From: an uncultured Gemmatimonadaceae bacterium
GTDB lineage: Bacteria > Gemmatimonadota > Gemmatimonadetes > Gemmatimonadales > Gemmatimonadaceae
Direction of reading: 5' to 3'
Length of the DNA: 64,000 bases
Assembly: GCA_963843845.1 (NCBI GenBank)
Contig: CAWJMB010000002.1
Location: 1,312,001 to 1,376,000, forward strand
Below the pieces are notes generated by a model. It was not told the DNA's origin, did not search any database, and was given only the letters and a program-made list of their open reading frames with translations. Below, piece after piece: positions 29,949 to 39,895 of the stretch (position 1 is the first letter of the stretch; the number at the start of each line of letters is the position of its first letter). The position numbers and the translations under genes were made by a program.

Positions 29949-32368
29949 GCTCACGCATCACTCGGCCGCGCGACCGCGCCGCGGCGTCGTCGGTTCCGCC
30001 CGTGCACCGCGGGCCGCAGGCCCTGCCGCAGGGCGCCGCCGCGCCCGCGTTCGCCTACCTCGGGCAGGCCCCCAACGCGGCGCTCCTCATCGACTTCGAC
30101 AACGTCACGATGGGGATCCAGAAGGACATGCAGAGCGAGCTTCGCTCGCTCATGTCCTCCGACATCATCAAGGGACGCGTGTCGCTGCGGCGCGCCTACG
30201 CCGACTGGCGCCGCTACCCGGGCTACGTCGTGCCGCTCGCCGAAGCGTCGATCGACATGATCATGGCGCCGGCATACGGGTCGGCGCGAAAGAACGCGAC
30301 CGACATCCGGCTCGCCGTCGACGCGATGGAGATCGTGTTCACCCGCCCCGAGATCGGCACGTTCATCCTGCTGTCCGGCGACTCCGACTTCTCGAGCCTC
30401 GTCATCAAGCTCAAGGAGTACGGCAAGTACGTCATCGGCGTCGGCATCCGCGAGAGCTCCAGCGATCTGCTCGTCCAGAACTGCGACGAGTACTACAGCT
30501 ACAACGCCCTCGCCGGCCTCGTGAAGTCGGGCGACGAGGAAGTCGTACGCTGGGACCCGTGGGAGCTCGTCACCGAGGCGATGCAGCGCATGGTGCGCAA
30601 CGGCGACGTCATGCGCGCCGACCGCCTCAAGCAGGTCATGCAGGACGTCGACCCGTCGTTCGACGAGAAGGACCTCGGCATGTCGAAGTTCTCCCGCTTC
30701 GTCAACGAGGCCGCCCAGCGCGGACTCATCACGCAGAACCGGCTCGAGAACGGGCAGTACGAGATCGGCCCCGTCGCGGCGTCGGCGTCGGCGTCGCCGT
30801 CGGCATCGCCGTCGGCACCGGCAGCCCGTCCCGCCGCGCCGCGTCGCGACGATCCCCGTCGCGAGGACGGTGACGCGACAGACGCGCGCGACAGTCGCGC
30901 CGAGCGCGGCGGGCGCAGTCGGCGCGGTCGCGGCCGCGGTCGCGGTCGCGACGCAGAGCGCCCGCCGCGCTCGGGTGAGACGACCGAGTCGTCCGAGCTC
31001 TCCGAGTCGACCGGCGAGTTCGAGGCGATGGCCGCCCCGGCACCGACGCTGTCGCTCGACGCCGTGCTCGCCGAGCCGTCCGGTCCGGCCGCGCCGGCGA
31101 TCGGCGTCGGTGGCGAGCGGCTCACGCGGAGCGAGGCGTTCGACCTCGTGCGCCGCGCCGTCGAGTCGCTCGTCGGCGCGGACGACGTGCGCGTCGCGCC
31201 CGAGGCCGCGCGCCAGCGCGCGTTCGAGTTGTTGGGTCGCGACAGCGAGAGCCTGGCCTCGCGGATGTTCGAGCGCATCCTGCGCGACGCGAGCGACGCG
31301 CACCTCGTCGCGCTGCACCGCGACGGCGACACCGTCGAGGTCGGACGCGCCGCGCCCGCGGCGTCTGTCGCCGACCAGTTCAACCGCGCGTCGGCCGCGA
31401 CGCAGACGGCCGCGCCGCCGGTCGCGACGACGACGTCGGGCGCGCCGCGCGGCATGGGACCACGCGGACTGCCGCGCGGTCCGCGCGGTCGCGGTGCGCC
31501 GCCGGCCGACCTGCTCTCGGTCGGCGTCGTACACGTCGGCGGTGCGGCCCCGTCCGTCCCGACGTCGTCGTCCGAGCCGTCCGCCGAACCGTCTGCCGAG
31601 CCCGTCGAGGCGTCGGTCGCCGTGCCGAACGACGCGCCCACATCGGCGCCACAGCCGGCAGTACCGCTGGAAGACGGCGGTCCAGCGGCATCGGCCGCGC
31701 AGAGCGCGTCGCCCCCCGTGTCGTCGACAGACGCGGAGATCGACGCCGCGAGCGACGCCGCGAGCGACGCCGCGAGCGAGCAGACCGCACGGCCTGGCCG
31801 GCGCCGTGGCGGGCGCGGGCGCGGTGGGAACCGCGGTCGCGGCCCGAGCGACACGGCGACGACGGCTCCCGAGCCGGCAGCAGTGGCCGCGCCAGTGGCT
31901 CCACCGGCGATCGTGCTACCTCCGGCCGCGGCACCCGGTACCGAGGCGCGGCGCGCCGAGTCCGGCGCGCCAGCGCCCGATCGTCGGCGTACGCCTCGCG
32001 GTCGTGCGGCGGCGGCACCGACCGGGGCAGCGCCAGCACCGGCGCCCGCTCCACCGGCGCCCACGACGGTAGCACCACAGGCGCGCGGCGCGGCGAAGCG
32101 CGGCGCGAACGCGACTCCGGCGAACCCGGCGTCGCCGAACGCCGCCTCGCCGAACGCCGCCTCGCCGAACGCAGCCTCGCCGAACGCCGCCAAACGCGGC
32201 GCGGCGAAGGCGGCATCGAAGGTGGTCGCGAAGCCTGGGGCCAAGCCCGCCACCAAGTCGGCCCCGCCTGCACCGGCGCCTGCACCGGCGCCCGCACCGG
32301 CGGCCGCGGCGGGCGGTGCCGCGGGCCGGTCCGGCAGGAAGCGGACGCCCACACGCCGCGACGCGTGA
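29945..32368 (+). CDS. NYN-domain ribonuclease with OST-HTH/LOTUS domain(s) and long low-complexity regions
   Basis: [38 protein letters not shown]-like [18 protein letters not shown]; Arg/Gly- and Pro/Ala-rich tail. Confidence 0.88.
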   Translation: MSSRITRPRDRAAASSVPPVHRGPQALPQGAAAPAFAYLGQAPNAALLIDFDNVTMGIQKDMQSELRSLMSSDIIKGRVSLRRAYADWRRYPGYVVPLAEASIDMIMAPAYGSARKNATDIRLAVDAMEIVFTRPEIGTFILLSGDSDFSSLVIKLKEYGKYVIGVGIRESSSDLLVQNCDEYYSYNALAGLVKSGDEEVVRWDPWELVTEAMQRMVRNGDVMRADRLKQVMQDVDPSFDEKDLGMSKFSRFVNEAAQRGLITQNRLENGQYEIGPVAASASASPSASPSAPAARPAAPRRDDPRREDGDATDARDSRAERGGRSRRGRGRGRGRDAERPPRSGETTESSELSESTGEFEAMAAPAPTLSLDAVLAEPSGPAAPAIGVGGERLTRSEAFDLVRRAVESLVGADDVRVAPEAARQRAFELLGRDSESLASRMFERILRDASDAHLVALHRDGDTVEVGRAAPAASVADQFNRASAATQTAAPPVATTTSGAPRGMGPRGLPRGPRGRGAPPADLLSVGVVHVGGAAPSVPTSSSEPSAEPSAEPVEASVAVPNDAPTSAPQPAVPLEDGGPAASAAQSASPPVSSTDAEIDAASDAASDAASEQTARPGRRRGGRGRGGNRGRGPSDTATTAPEPAAVAAPVAPPAIVLPPAAAPGTEARRAESGAPAPDRRRTPRGRAAAAPTGAAPAPAPAPPAPTTVAPQARGAAKRGANATPANPASPNAASPNAASPNAASPNAAKRGAAKAASKVVAKPGAKPATKSAPPAPAPAPAPAPAAAAGGAAGRSGRKRTPTRRDA
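32131..32190 (+). repeat. 15-nt coding tandem repeat x4 (SPNAA) inside the NYN gene
   Basis: (c/g)tcgccgaacgc(c/a)gc repeated four times. Confidence 0.85.
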
Positions 32369-33099
32369 CCTCGCGGCGGAGATCTGCCCGACCGGACACG
32401 TCGGCATCGTCTCCGCCGCGCGCGACGGACGGATCGGCTGCACGCGATCCGTCCGTCGCGCTCGTTTCCGACCCACCCCCGCCATTTCCCGCAGCTTTCT
32501 ACGACCGCGACCCACCGCTCGTCGCGCGCGAGTTGTTGGGCGCGCTCCTCGTCTCGCGCACCGTCGACGGACCGACCGCCGGCATCGTCGTCGAAACGGA
32601 AGCGTACCTCGGCGCCGAGGACCCGGCGTGTCACGCGGTCGTCGGGCGCACGCGACGCACGTGGCATCTGTTCGGACCGGCCGGCACCGCCTACGTCTAC
32701 CGCATCTACGGCATGTACTGGTGCGTCAACGCGGTGACGCAGCGCGAGGGGATCGGCAGCGCCGCGCTGATTCGCGCCGTTCGGCCGGTCGTCGGACTCG
32801 ACCTGATGCGCCGACGCCGCCCGCGCGCCGCGCGCGACCGCGACCTCACGAATGGCCCCGGCAAGCTCTGCGACGCGATGCGGATCGACGGAACGCTCGA
32901 CGGCGCCTCGCTGATCGACTCGCCGCTGACGCTGCACCCTGCGGCCCCGGTCGACGACGCTGACGTCGTCGTCACGCCGCGCATCGGCATCACGCGCGGC
33001 GCCGATCTGCCGTACCGCTATCTGCTGCGCGACGACCCGTTCGTCTCGGCTACGCCGCGCGCGTTCTTTCGTCGGCCGTACGCGAGGGAGCTGCGTTAG
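32365..33099 (+). CDS. DNA-3-methyladenine glycosylase (MPG/AAG family)
   Basis: VARELLG, IVVETEAYLG.EDPACH, AYVYRIYGMYWCVN, LTNGPGKLC, TPRIGI. Confidence 0.93.
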   Translation: MTSRRRSARPDTSASSPPRATDGSAARDPSVALVSDPPPPFPAAFYDRDPPLVARELLGALLVSRTVDGPTAGIVVETEAYLGAEDPACHAVVGRTRRTWHLFGPAGTAYVYRIYGMYWCVNAVTQREGIGSAALIRAVRPVVGLDLMRRRRPRAARDRDLTNGPGKLCDAMRIDGTLDGASLIDSPLTLHPAAPVDDADVVVTPRIGITRGADLPYRYLLRDDPFVSATPRAFFRRPYARELR

Positions 33100-33117
33100 G
33101 CCGCGACTCCTCGACCG

Positions 33118-33843
33118 CTAGCGCTCGAACGCCGATGCGACGTTGATGCGCACGCCCCCTTCCAGCTGCGCCGACCCGCCGAGGTTCCAGAGCGACCGCG
33201 ACTGCTCGCCGCTCGCCACCCCCTGCACGAACAGCGCGGCGATCCCGACGCGGAGTTGCGCACCGCCGATGAGAAACGGTGCGACGATGCTCTCCGCCGA
33301 CGCGATCCGATCGCGCACGCCCCAGTACTGCTCTGCGGTCGCGAAGTCGCCGCGCGGCTGCGCGCGACGCATCACGTGCAGCGCGAGACCGACCCCCGCG
33401 TACGGACGCAGGCGCCCGAGCGCGACCGGCGCCGCGAGGGCCGCCGCCGCGTAGCGACGCGAGTCCTCGATCGACACCTCGCGCACGCCGTCCTTCGTGA
33501 ATGGGTCGGCGACGAGCGAGCGTCCATCGAAGAACGCCTGCTCTGCGGAGACGAGCAGCGCGCCGCGGCGGTGCGTCACGAGCCACTCGCCTCCCGCGAG
33601 CGGCGCCGAGGTGCGTCCGTCGGCGACCGTGCCGAAACGCGTCACGCCCCCCTTCGCGCCCCAGTACCACGAGTCCTCGAACTCGCGCCGTGCGTCGGGC
33701 AGCGCGAGGTCGCGGTCACGCTGCGCCACCGCGCGCTGCGGCGACAGGCCGAGCGACGCGACGACGAGCGCGGCACACGACACGGAAGGAACGAACGTCG
33801 ACGCGAACCCCGACCCGAACGCACGCACTGAACGACGCGGCAT
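33118..33843 (-). CDS. Hypothetical exported beta-barrel-like protein
   Basis: Signal peptide; alternating beta strands WYWGAKGG, LRPYAGVGL, QLEGGVRIN. Confidence 0.6.
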   Translation of the reverse strand: MPRRSVRAFGSGFASTFVPSVSCAALVVASLGLSPQRAVAQRDRDLALPDARREFEDSWYWGAKGGVTRFGTVADGRTSAPLAGGEWLVTHRRGALLVSAEQAFFDGRSLVADPFTKDGVREVSIEDSRRYAAAALAAPVALGRLRPYAGVGLALHVMRRAQPRGDFATAEQYWGVRDRIASAESIVAPFLIGGAQLRVGIAALFVQGVASGEQSRSLWNLGGSAQLEGGVRINVASAFER

Positions 33844-33976
33844 GGCACCCCCTCGGCTGACGATCTCGACACGGCGCCGCGAAGTGGCGCACCTCCGAGA
33901 CGACGAGGGGCCCGCGCGTTGCGTCACGCAGGGGAGCGAAGAACATTTCGGACGACGCGCCGCAAGGACTGAAGGC

Positions 33977-34309
33977 ATGCAGATCGCCCCGTACGCCCCG
34001 CCGTACCCCGAACCGTTCCGCACCGCCGTGCTCGGAACCGTGTTCGCGAACCGCGCCGACGTCGTGCACCGTCTTCAGCCCGGCGACCGGCTGATCCTCG
34101 TCCCCGACCCGCCCGACGCCGAGATCCCGGCGGTCTGGGTGCACGCCGCGGGAGGGGACGTCGTCGGGCACCTCCCGCTGCAAGTCGCCGCGTGGCTCGC
34201 GCCGTGGATGCTCGCTGGTGGTTGCTGCGGCGCATGGGTCGAGAAGGTCGGCGGCGACGAGGTCGGGAGCTGGCGTCGCCTCGTCGTGCGCCTCGAGTGT
34301 CGCGTGTGA
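33977..34309 (+). CDS. Stand-alone HIRAN-domain protein
   Basis: TAVLGTVF, LQPGDRLILVPDP, AVWVH, VGHLP; gaagg upstream of ATG. Confidence 0.7.
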   Translation: MQIAPYAPPYPEPFRTAVLGTVFANRADVVHRLQPGDRLILVPDPPDAEIPAVWVHAAGGDVVGHLPLQVAAWLAPWMLAGGCCGAWVEKVGGDEVGSWRRLVVRLECRV

Positions 34310-34327
34310 GCGTGCGCGACGCGGCGG

Positions 34328-35539
34328 TCAGATCACGCCGAGCGCCGTCCCGACCTTTCTGAAGGCGGCGATCGCGAAGTCGAGATCGTCCTTGGTGTGC
34401 GCCGCGCTGAGCTGGCAGCGAACGCGCGCCTGGCCGTGCGGCACGACCGGAAAGCCGAAGCCCGTGACGAACACGCCTTCGTCGAGCAACCGGTTGCTCA
34501 TCTCGATCGCCTTCGCGGTCTCGCCGACGATGATCGGCACGATCGGCGTCTCGCCGGCAAGCGGCGAGAACCCGGCGTCGCTGATCGCGTCGCGGAAGTA
34601 GCGCGAGTTCTCACGCAGTCGCTGCACCCGCTCCGGCCGCCGCTCGGTGAATCGAATCGCTTCGAGCGAGCTCGCGGCGACCGTCGGCGGCAGCGCATTC
34701 GAGAAGAGCTGCGGCCGCGACCGCTGGGTCATCATGTCGACGAGCGGCGCGGCGCCGGCGATGAACCCACCCGCCGCGCCGCCGAGCGCCTTGCCGAGCG
34801 TCGACGTGATCACGTCGACCTCGCCGACCATGCCGAAGTGCTCCGCCGTCCCGCGCCCGGTCGCCCCGAGCACACCCGTCGCGTGCGAGTCGTCCATGAC
34901 GACGATCGCTCCTTCGTCGCGCGCGATCTGCACGATGTCGGGGAGCTTCGCGATCGACCCCTCCATCGAGAAGACGCCGTCGGTCCACACGATCTTGCGT
35001 CGCGCCCCGCGGTTCGCGACCAGCTTCGCGCGCAGGTCGTCGAGGTCGCCGTGCTTGTAGACGGCGGTCGTGCACTTCTTCGACGCCTTCGCCAGGCGAA
35101 TGGAGTCGATGATCGACGCGTGATTCAGTTCGTCGGAGACGACGAAGTCGCCCGCGTCGACGATCGTCGACGTCAGCGCCTCGTTCGCGTTCCACGCTGA
35201 CACGAACGAGAGCGAGGCCGCGGTCCCCACGAATCGCGCGATCGCCTCCTCGAGCTCACGATGGATCGTGAACGTGCCGCAGATGAAGCGTACGCTGGCC
35301 GTGCCCGCGCCGAATCGTCGCAGGGCGTCGATGCCCGCCTCGACCACCGACGGCTCGTTCGCGAGGCCCAGGTAGTTGTTCGACGAGAGGATGAGCACGT
35401 CCCCTCGCCCTTCCATCTGCACGCGCGCTCCCTGCGGCGAATCGAGATGGTTGAGTGCCTTGTAGACGCGATCGGCCTTCAGCTGATCGATCTCGGCCTG
35501 CAGCTCCGCCGTGAGTCGCGTCGTCGTCTGTATCGTCAC
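34328..35539 (-). CDS. kbl: Glycine C-acetyltransferase (2-amino-3-ketobutyrate CoA ligase)
   Basis: SNNYLGLA, ASVRFICGT, LNHASIIDS, DGVFSMEG, DDSHATG, TLGKALGGA, SRPQLFSN; linked to tdh. Confidence 0.95.
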   Translation of the reverse strand: MTIQTTTRLTAELQAEIDQLKADRVYKALNHLDSPQGARVQMEGRGDVLILSSNNYLGLANEPSVVEAGIDALRRFGAGTASVRFICGTFTIHRELEEAIARFVGTAASLSFVSAWNANEALTSTIVDAGDFVVSDELNHASIIDSIRLAKASKKCTTAVYKHGDLDDLRAKLVANRGARRKIVWTDGVFSMEGSIAKLPDIVQIARDEGAIVVMDDSHATGVLGATGRGTAEHFGMVGEVDVITSTLGKALGGAAGGFIAGAAPLVDMMTQRSRPQLFSNALPPTVAASSLEAIRFTERRPERVQRLRENSRYFRDAISDAGFSPLAGETPIVPIIVGETAKAIEMSNRLLDEGVFVTGFGFPVVPHGQARVRCQLSAAHTKDDLDFAIAAFRKVGTALGVI

Positions 35540-35832
35540 GTCGCCCCCGCGGCGCGTAGCCGCTCTGCTGTCGATGCATGCCCTGCCGACTCGGCGAGCG
35601 CGAGCGGACTCGCGCCGTCGTGATCGCGGACGTTCGGATTCGCGTTGTTGTGCAGCAGCAGCTCGACGGTCGCCGTGTCTCCGCGGGCCGCGGCGAGATG
35701 CAGCGGCGTACGCCCCTGCGGATCGGTCGCCCGCGTCAATCGGTTGTCCATCGAGAGCACCGCGGCGACTTCGTCCGTGTCGCCTGCGGCCGCGGCAGTC
35801 AGAATGTCGTCGTGATCGTCGTAGTCGCTCAC
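35536..35832 (-). CDS. Small ankyrin-repeat protein
   Basis: [41 protein letters not shown]. Confidence 0.9.
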   Translation of the reverse strand: MSDYDDHDDILTAAAAGDTDEVAAVLSMDNRLTRATDPQGRTPLHLAAARGDTATVELLLHNNANPNVRDHDGASPLALAESAGHASTAERLRAAGAT

Positions 35833-35854
35833 GGCCGTGTGAGAAGATGAAGAG

Positions 35855-36880
35855 TCATGCGATCTCGAAGATGACCTTGCCCGCCTCGCCGCTCTTGATG
35901 GCGTGAATCGCGTCGTCGAAATCGTCGAGCGGAAAACGGTGCGTGATGACGGGCGTCGGGTCGAACTCCTTCGCGAGCAGGAAGCGTGTCATCTGGTGCC
36001 ACGTCTCGTACATGCGCCGGCCGACGACGCCGTAGATCGTGATCCCCTTGAATATGACCTCGCGCGCGAGGTCGATCTCCATCGGCTGTGCCGGGATGCC
36101 GAGGAGCTGCACGCGCCCGCCGACGCGCACGAGGTCGAGCGCCTGACGAATCGCGGACGGCACACCGCTCATCTCGAGCACGACGTCGACACCGTAGTTC
36201 GCCGTCGCCCGGCGAACGGCGTCGGCGGCCTGCTCGGGGTGCACGGCCTCGTGCGCCCCCATCGCGCGCGCGAGCTCCAGCCGCCGGTCGTTCACGTCCG
36301 ACGCGACGATGTGCGACGCGCCGGCCGCCCTGCAGATCCCGACCGCGAACACGCCGATCGGTCCGCATCCCGTGATGAGCACCGTCGATCCGGGAATCTC
36401 CGCCGTGAGCGCGGTGTGAAACGCATTCCCCATCGGGTCGTGAATGCCGCCGACGTCGTACGACAGCGACGGGTCGAGCTGCCAGATGTTCGACGCCGGC
36501 ATCGCGATGTACTCGGCGAAGCAGCCGTCGCGGTCCACCCCGATGATCTTCGTGTGCGGGCAGACGTGCGCGTTCCCGGTGCGACAGAGCAGACACACGC
36601 CGTCGACGATGTGCCCTTCGGCCGTGACGCGGTCGCCGACCTTCACCGTCTCGACGAGCGCGCCGACCTCGACGACGTCGCCCGCGAACTCGTGCCCCAC
36701 GACGAACGGCGGCTTGCACCGCGCGCTCGCCCAGGCGTCCCACTCGTAGATGTGTACGTCCGTGCCGCAGACGCCCGCACGCCGCACGCGGATCAACGCC
36801 TCGTCGTCCCGCACGCGTGGCGTCGGCACGTCGCGCAATGCGAAGCCAGGGGCCGCTCGCTCCTTCACCAATGCTTTCAC
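35855..36880 (-). CDS. tdh: L-threonine 3-dehydrogenase
   Basis: [52 protein letters not shown]. Confidence 0.96.
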   Translation of the reverse strand: MKALVKERAAPGFALRDVPTPRVRDDEALIRVRRAGVCGTDVHIYEWDAWASARCKPPFVVGHEFAGDVVEVGALVETVKVGDRVTAEGHIVDGVCLLCRTGNAHVCPHTKIIGVDRDGCFAEYIAMPASNIWQLDPSLSYDVGGIHDPMGNAFHTALTAEIPGSTVLITGCGPIGVFAVGICRAAGASHIVASDVNDRRLELARAMGAHEAVHPEQAADAVRRATANYGVDVVLEMSGVPSAIRQALDLVRVGGRVQLLGIPAQPMEIDLAREVIFKGITIYGVVGRRMYETWHQMTRFLLAKEFDPTPVITHRFPLDDFDDAIHAIKSGEAGKVIFEIA

Positions 36881-37133
36881 GCGTATCGCTCCACGAAGTG
36901 ATCGACGCGGTCGGGCCGTGCGCGGCGTCGGCGCGCCCCGAAAGCTGATCGCGCGCACGCCCCGCGGCTAGCGACGCCGTGTGACGCGGGCGGCGCCGGC
37001 GCGTCGTGTGGGTGCGGGCGGCGTGGGGCGTGTGTCGCGCGTGCCGCCGGGAATGACGCGCGGGCGATGGACCCGCCGGCCGAGCGGCGTGCGGGAAAAA
37101 CACAAAAGGCCACGATTTCCCGGCGCGCCGGTA

Positions 37134-37162
37134 TTGCGTATCAACTTGCACATATCTAACTT
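37134..37162 (+). promoter_or_regulatory. Putative sigma-70 promoter of the histone H1-like gene
   Basis: TTGCGT-17nt-TAACTT in an AT-rich patch; A-rich tract at about 37095-37107. Confidence 0.55.
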
Positions 37163-37349
37163 CGCGTATCGCTACGAAGTCCGCGTGTGTTCGGCGTGAC
37201 GTGCGCGCGGCCGGCGGTGGCGATCTCTGCCGCGCCGCACTCGCGCGCCGCGCGGAGATGCGATCGGCGTCGTGATGTCTCGGCGACGCAGCTCGACCGA
37301 CGGTCCACCGGGGGACTGCGGTTCGTTCACTCGTTCCAGGAGCGACACG

Positions 37350-37676
37350 ATGGCTGCTGCCAAGAAGTCGACCGCGAAGAAGAGCACGGCGACGAAGAGC
37401 ACCGCGAGGAAGTCGGCCGCGAAGAAGTCGACGGCCACGAAGTCCACGCCCAAGAAGTCCGCGGCCAAGAAGTCCACGGCGAAGACCTCGACCGCGAAGA
37501 AGTCGACGGCCAAGACCTCGACCGCCAAGAAGTCGACGGCGAAGAAGTCGGCGGCCACGAAGTCGGCGGCGAAATCCTCGACGGCCAAGAAGTCCACGGC
37601 CAAGAAGTCCACGGCCAAGAAGTCCACGGCGAAGAAAGGCGCGGCGAAGAAGGCCAGCTCGACGCCCACGATGTAG
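37350..37676 (+). CDS. Histone H1-like Lys/Ala/Ser/Thr repeat protein (108 aa)
   Basis: AGGAG SD; 20 pentapeptide units of KKSTA type; followed by a terminator. Confidence 0.85.
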   Translation: MAAAKKSTAKKSTATKSTARKSAAKKSTATKSTPKKSAAKKSTAKTSTAKKSTAKTSTAKKSTAKKSAATKSAAKSSTAKKSTAKKSTAKKSTAKKGAAKKASSTPTM

Positions 37677-37697
37677 TTCCCGCGGGCCTAACGCGAC

Positions 37698-37732
37698 TGA
37701 AGCCCCGCCTGTCGGCGGGGCTTCATCGTTTT
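37698..37732 (+). terminator. Intrinsic terminator
   Basis: tgaagccccgcc-tgtc-ggcggggcttca followed by tcgtttt. Confidence 0.85.
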
Positions 37733-37787
37733 CGTCCTCCCGCTCGTCGAGCGCGGGCGATGCGTCGCATCACTCGCCCGACCCGAG

Positions 37788-37943
37788 TCAGGCGGCGCGC
37801 GACTCCGGAACCTCGACGACTGGTTCAGGCGCCGGACCCCACACGTACGCGACGAACCGCGGCGCCGGCTCCGCCGTCGCACCGTTCGAGATCACGATGC
37901 CCATTGGTTCCTGCACGTCGGCAGTCTGACGAATCTGTTTCAT
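37788..37943 (-). CDS. Small protein, 51 aa, not in the ORF track
   Basis: MKQIRQTADVQEPMGIVISNGATAEPAPRFVAYVWGPAPEPVVEVPESRAA; GGAGG 6 nt upstream of ATG. Confidence 0.7.
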   Translation of the reverse strand: MKQIRQTADVQEPMGIVISNGATAEPAPRFVAYVWGPAPEPVVEVPESRAA

Positions 37944-37994
37944 GATGTGCCTCCACATGGCGAGAACGTCCGGGTCTCCGGACGCCCGCCCCTA

Positions 37995-38011
37995 AGGCAG
38001 CCACGATGCCA
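37995..38011 (-). promoter_or_regulatory. Putative sigma-54 (-24/-12) promoter
   Basis: TGGCATCGTGGCTGCCT on the minus strand (GG-N10-GC), about 50 nt upstream of the small ORF. Confidence 0.55.
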
Positions 38012-38208
38012 TCGCGCGTCGTTTCGCTAAGTCGCGTGACGGCAGCAGCTTGCGATCGTTCGCCGGGCCGAGCGCCTGCTTCGCGTGTCGCGGGGTGCGA
38101 CACGACGAGGACACCGGGAGTCGCATTTTGCCACACCCCGACGCGGGACTCCGCACGAGCGCCCGTTGGGCCTGCGCGCCAGGACGCGCGTGCCGGTGCG
38201 CGAATGCG

Positions 38209-38985
38209 CTAGTGCGTGGCGATCAGTTTGCGCGCCAGAAACGTCGAACCCCGCGTTCCGTCCGTTTCGACGCTGACCGACCAGTCGCCGTAGCGCGCGC
38301 GCAGTGCGTCGAGCGAGGGCCCGAACGCCGGCCCCTGCACGTCACGCATGAGGTGCACGCCGCCATCGAGCGTCGCCCGCTGCAGTTGCGCGACCACGTC
38401 GCCGAGCGCGATCGCATCGAGGCTCGCCAGCGCCGTCGACGAGCAGACGACGGCGCGGAGCGCCACGTCCGGCGCCCACCCGCTGAGGTCGCCGACGCAC
38501 CCCCGCATCCGACTGCCGAAGCCGGCGGCCTCGGCCGCATCGAGCACACGTTCGATCACGTCGGGCGCGTCGTCGAGCGCCGTGACGGTACAGCCGTGTG
38601 CGGCCGAGTACATGACGGCCGACGCGTCGTCGAGTCCGGCGACGAGCACGTGGCCACCATCAGCGACTGCACTGAGCTCACGCGCGACGGCGCTCGCGGG
38701 ACCGATCCCCCAGTGCTCCGGCTTGCGGTACTCCGCGAGCATCTTGAGGTGACGTCGGCGCCAGGTCTGGTACGTCGGCAGTCCGACACGCCGCGCGATG
38801 ATGCGGTCGACTTCGTCCCACAACACCAGCTCGGTGAGCGTCGTCTGCGCGGCGTCGCGAAGGCGCGCGACTGCCTCGTCACCGATCGCGAGCAGCGCCG
38901 ACCTCGGCAACGTATCCTTGTAGGATTCGATCTCGCGTTCGACGAATAGCTCGTACTCGTGCTTGAGAGAACGCGGCGTGGTCAT
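38209..38985 (-). CDS. Hypothetical protein: helical N-domain + degenerate class I SAM-methyltransferase fold
   Basis: HVLVAG...GCTVTALDD...CVGDL...RAVVC...GGVHLM follows the Rossmann MTase strand order but lacks the GxGxG motif. Confidence 0.65.
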   Translation of the reverse strand: MTTPRSLKHEYELFVEREIESYKDTLPRSALLAIGDEAVARLRDAAQTTLTELVLWDEVDRIIARRVGLPTYQTWRRRHLKMLAEYRKPEHWGIGPASAVARELSAVADGGHVLVAGLDDASAVMYSAAHGCTVTALDDAPDVIERVLDAAEAAGFGSRMRGCVGDLSGWAPDVALRAVVCSSTALASLDAIALGDVVAQLQRATLDGGVHLMRDVQGPAFGPSLDALRARYGDWSVSVETDGTRGSTFLARKLIATH

Positions 38986-39070
38986 GGCGAGCGGCAGGCG
39001 GCTACGAAGGCAGGGATGGATAAGGTAGAGACCACGGAGAGCCGCGCAAGCATGGCGTCGAGATGGGTGC

Positions 39071-39856
39071 GTGCCAGAGCTACCTGAAGTCGAGACGGCG
39101 GTGCGTCGGCTCCGCGGCGCGATCGTCGGACGCACGATTCAGCGCGTCGAGCGCCTGCACCCGTCGACGCAGCGGGCGCTCGACGCACGCGACGCGGTGC
39201 GCATCCTGGGCAGGCGCGTGATCGCCGTCGAGCGCACGGGAAAGCACCAGCTGCTCGTGCTCGACGACGGCGCCGGCGTACACGCGCATTTTCGGATGGC
39301 AGGCGACTGGTACGTCGATGCAGCCGCCGATCCGCTCCCTCGTCACGCCCGCCTCACACTCGATCTCGACGGCGGCTCGCGCGTCTCGCTCGTCGACCCG
39401 CGCGCGCTCGCGACCGTCGTCTATCATGGCGACGCGCGCATCGCGCTGCCCACGCTCGGCCCCGAGCCGACCGATCCGGCGTTCGACGCGGCGGCGCTCG
39501 GTGCGGCGTTGCGAGCGCGCCGCGGTCCGATCAAGCCCGTGCTCCTCGATCAGCGTGTCATCGCGGGACTCGGCAACATCTACGCAGCAGAGGCGCTCTG
39601 GCTCGCGCGCATCAGCCCGCGCCTGCCGGCGAATCGACTCGGCCCCGTGCGCACGGCGCGGCTGCTCGACGCGATGCGGACCGTGCTGACCGATGCACTC
39701 GCGGCGCCCGGACGCTACGCGAACGGCGAGACCGTCGACGCGATGCACGTCTACGGCCGCGGCGGCGCGCCGTGTTCTCGCTGTGGCACGGCGATCCGAC
39801 GCATCGTGCAGGCGGGCCGCTCGACATACTTCTGTCCGCGCTGTCAGGCGCGTTGA
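39071..39856 (+). CDS. mutM: Formamidopyrimidine-DNA glycosylase
   Basis: MPELPEVE, RTGK, HFRMAG, LGPEP, LLDQRVIAGLGNIYA, C-terminal zinc finger CSRC..CPRCQ. Confidence 0.96.
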   Translation: MPELPEVETAVRRLRGAIVGRTIQRVERLHPSTQRALDARDAVRILGRRVIAVERTGKHQLLVLDDGAGVHAHFRMAGDWYVDAAADPLPRHARLTLDLDGGSRVSLVDPRALATVVYHGDARIALPTLGPEPTDPAFDAAALGAALRARRGPIKPVLLDQRVIAGLGNIYAAEALWLARISPRLPANRLGPVRTARLLDAMRTVLTDALAAPGRYANGETVDAMHVYGRGGAPCSRCGTAIRRIVQAGRSTYFCPRCQAR

Positions 39857-39895
39857 GCGGTCCGCGGGCGAGCGCGCGTTCGCCTGTGAGGCAGG

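Noticed and set aside
37350..37676. CRISPR-like array
   Set aside because: The 15-nt units are contiguous coding repeats with no unique spacers and no cas genes
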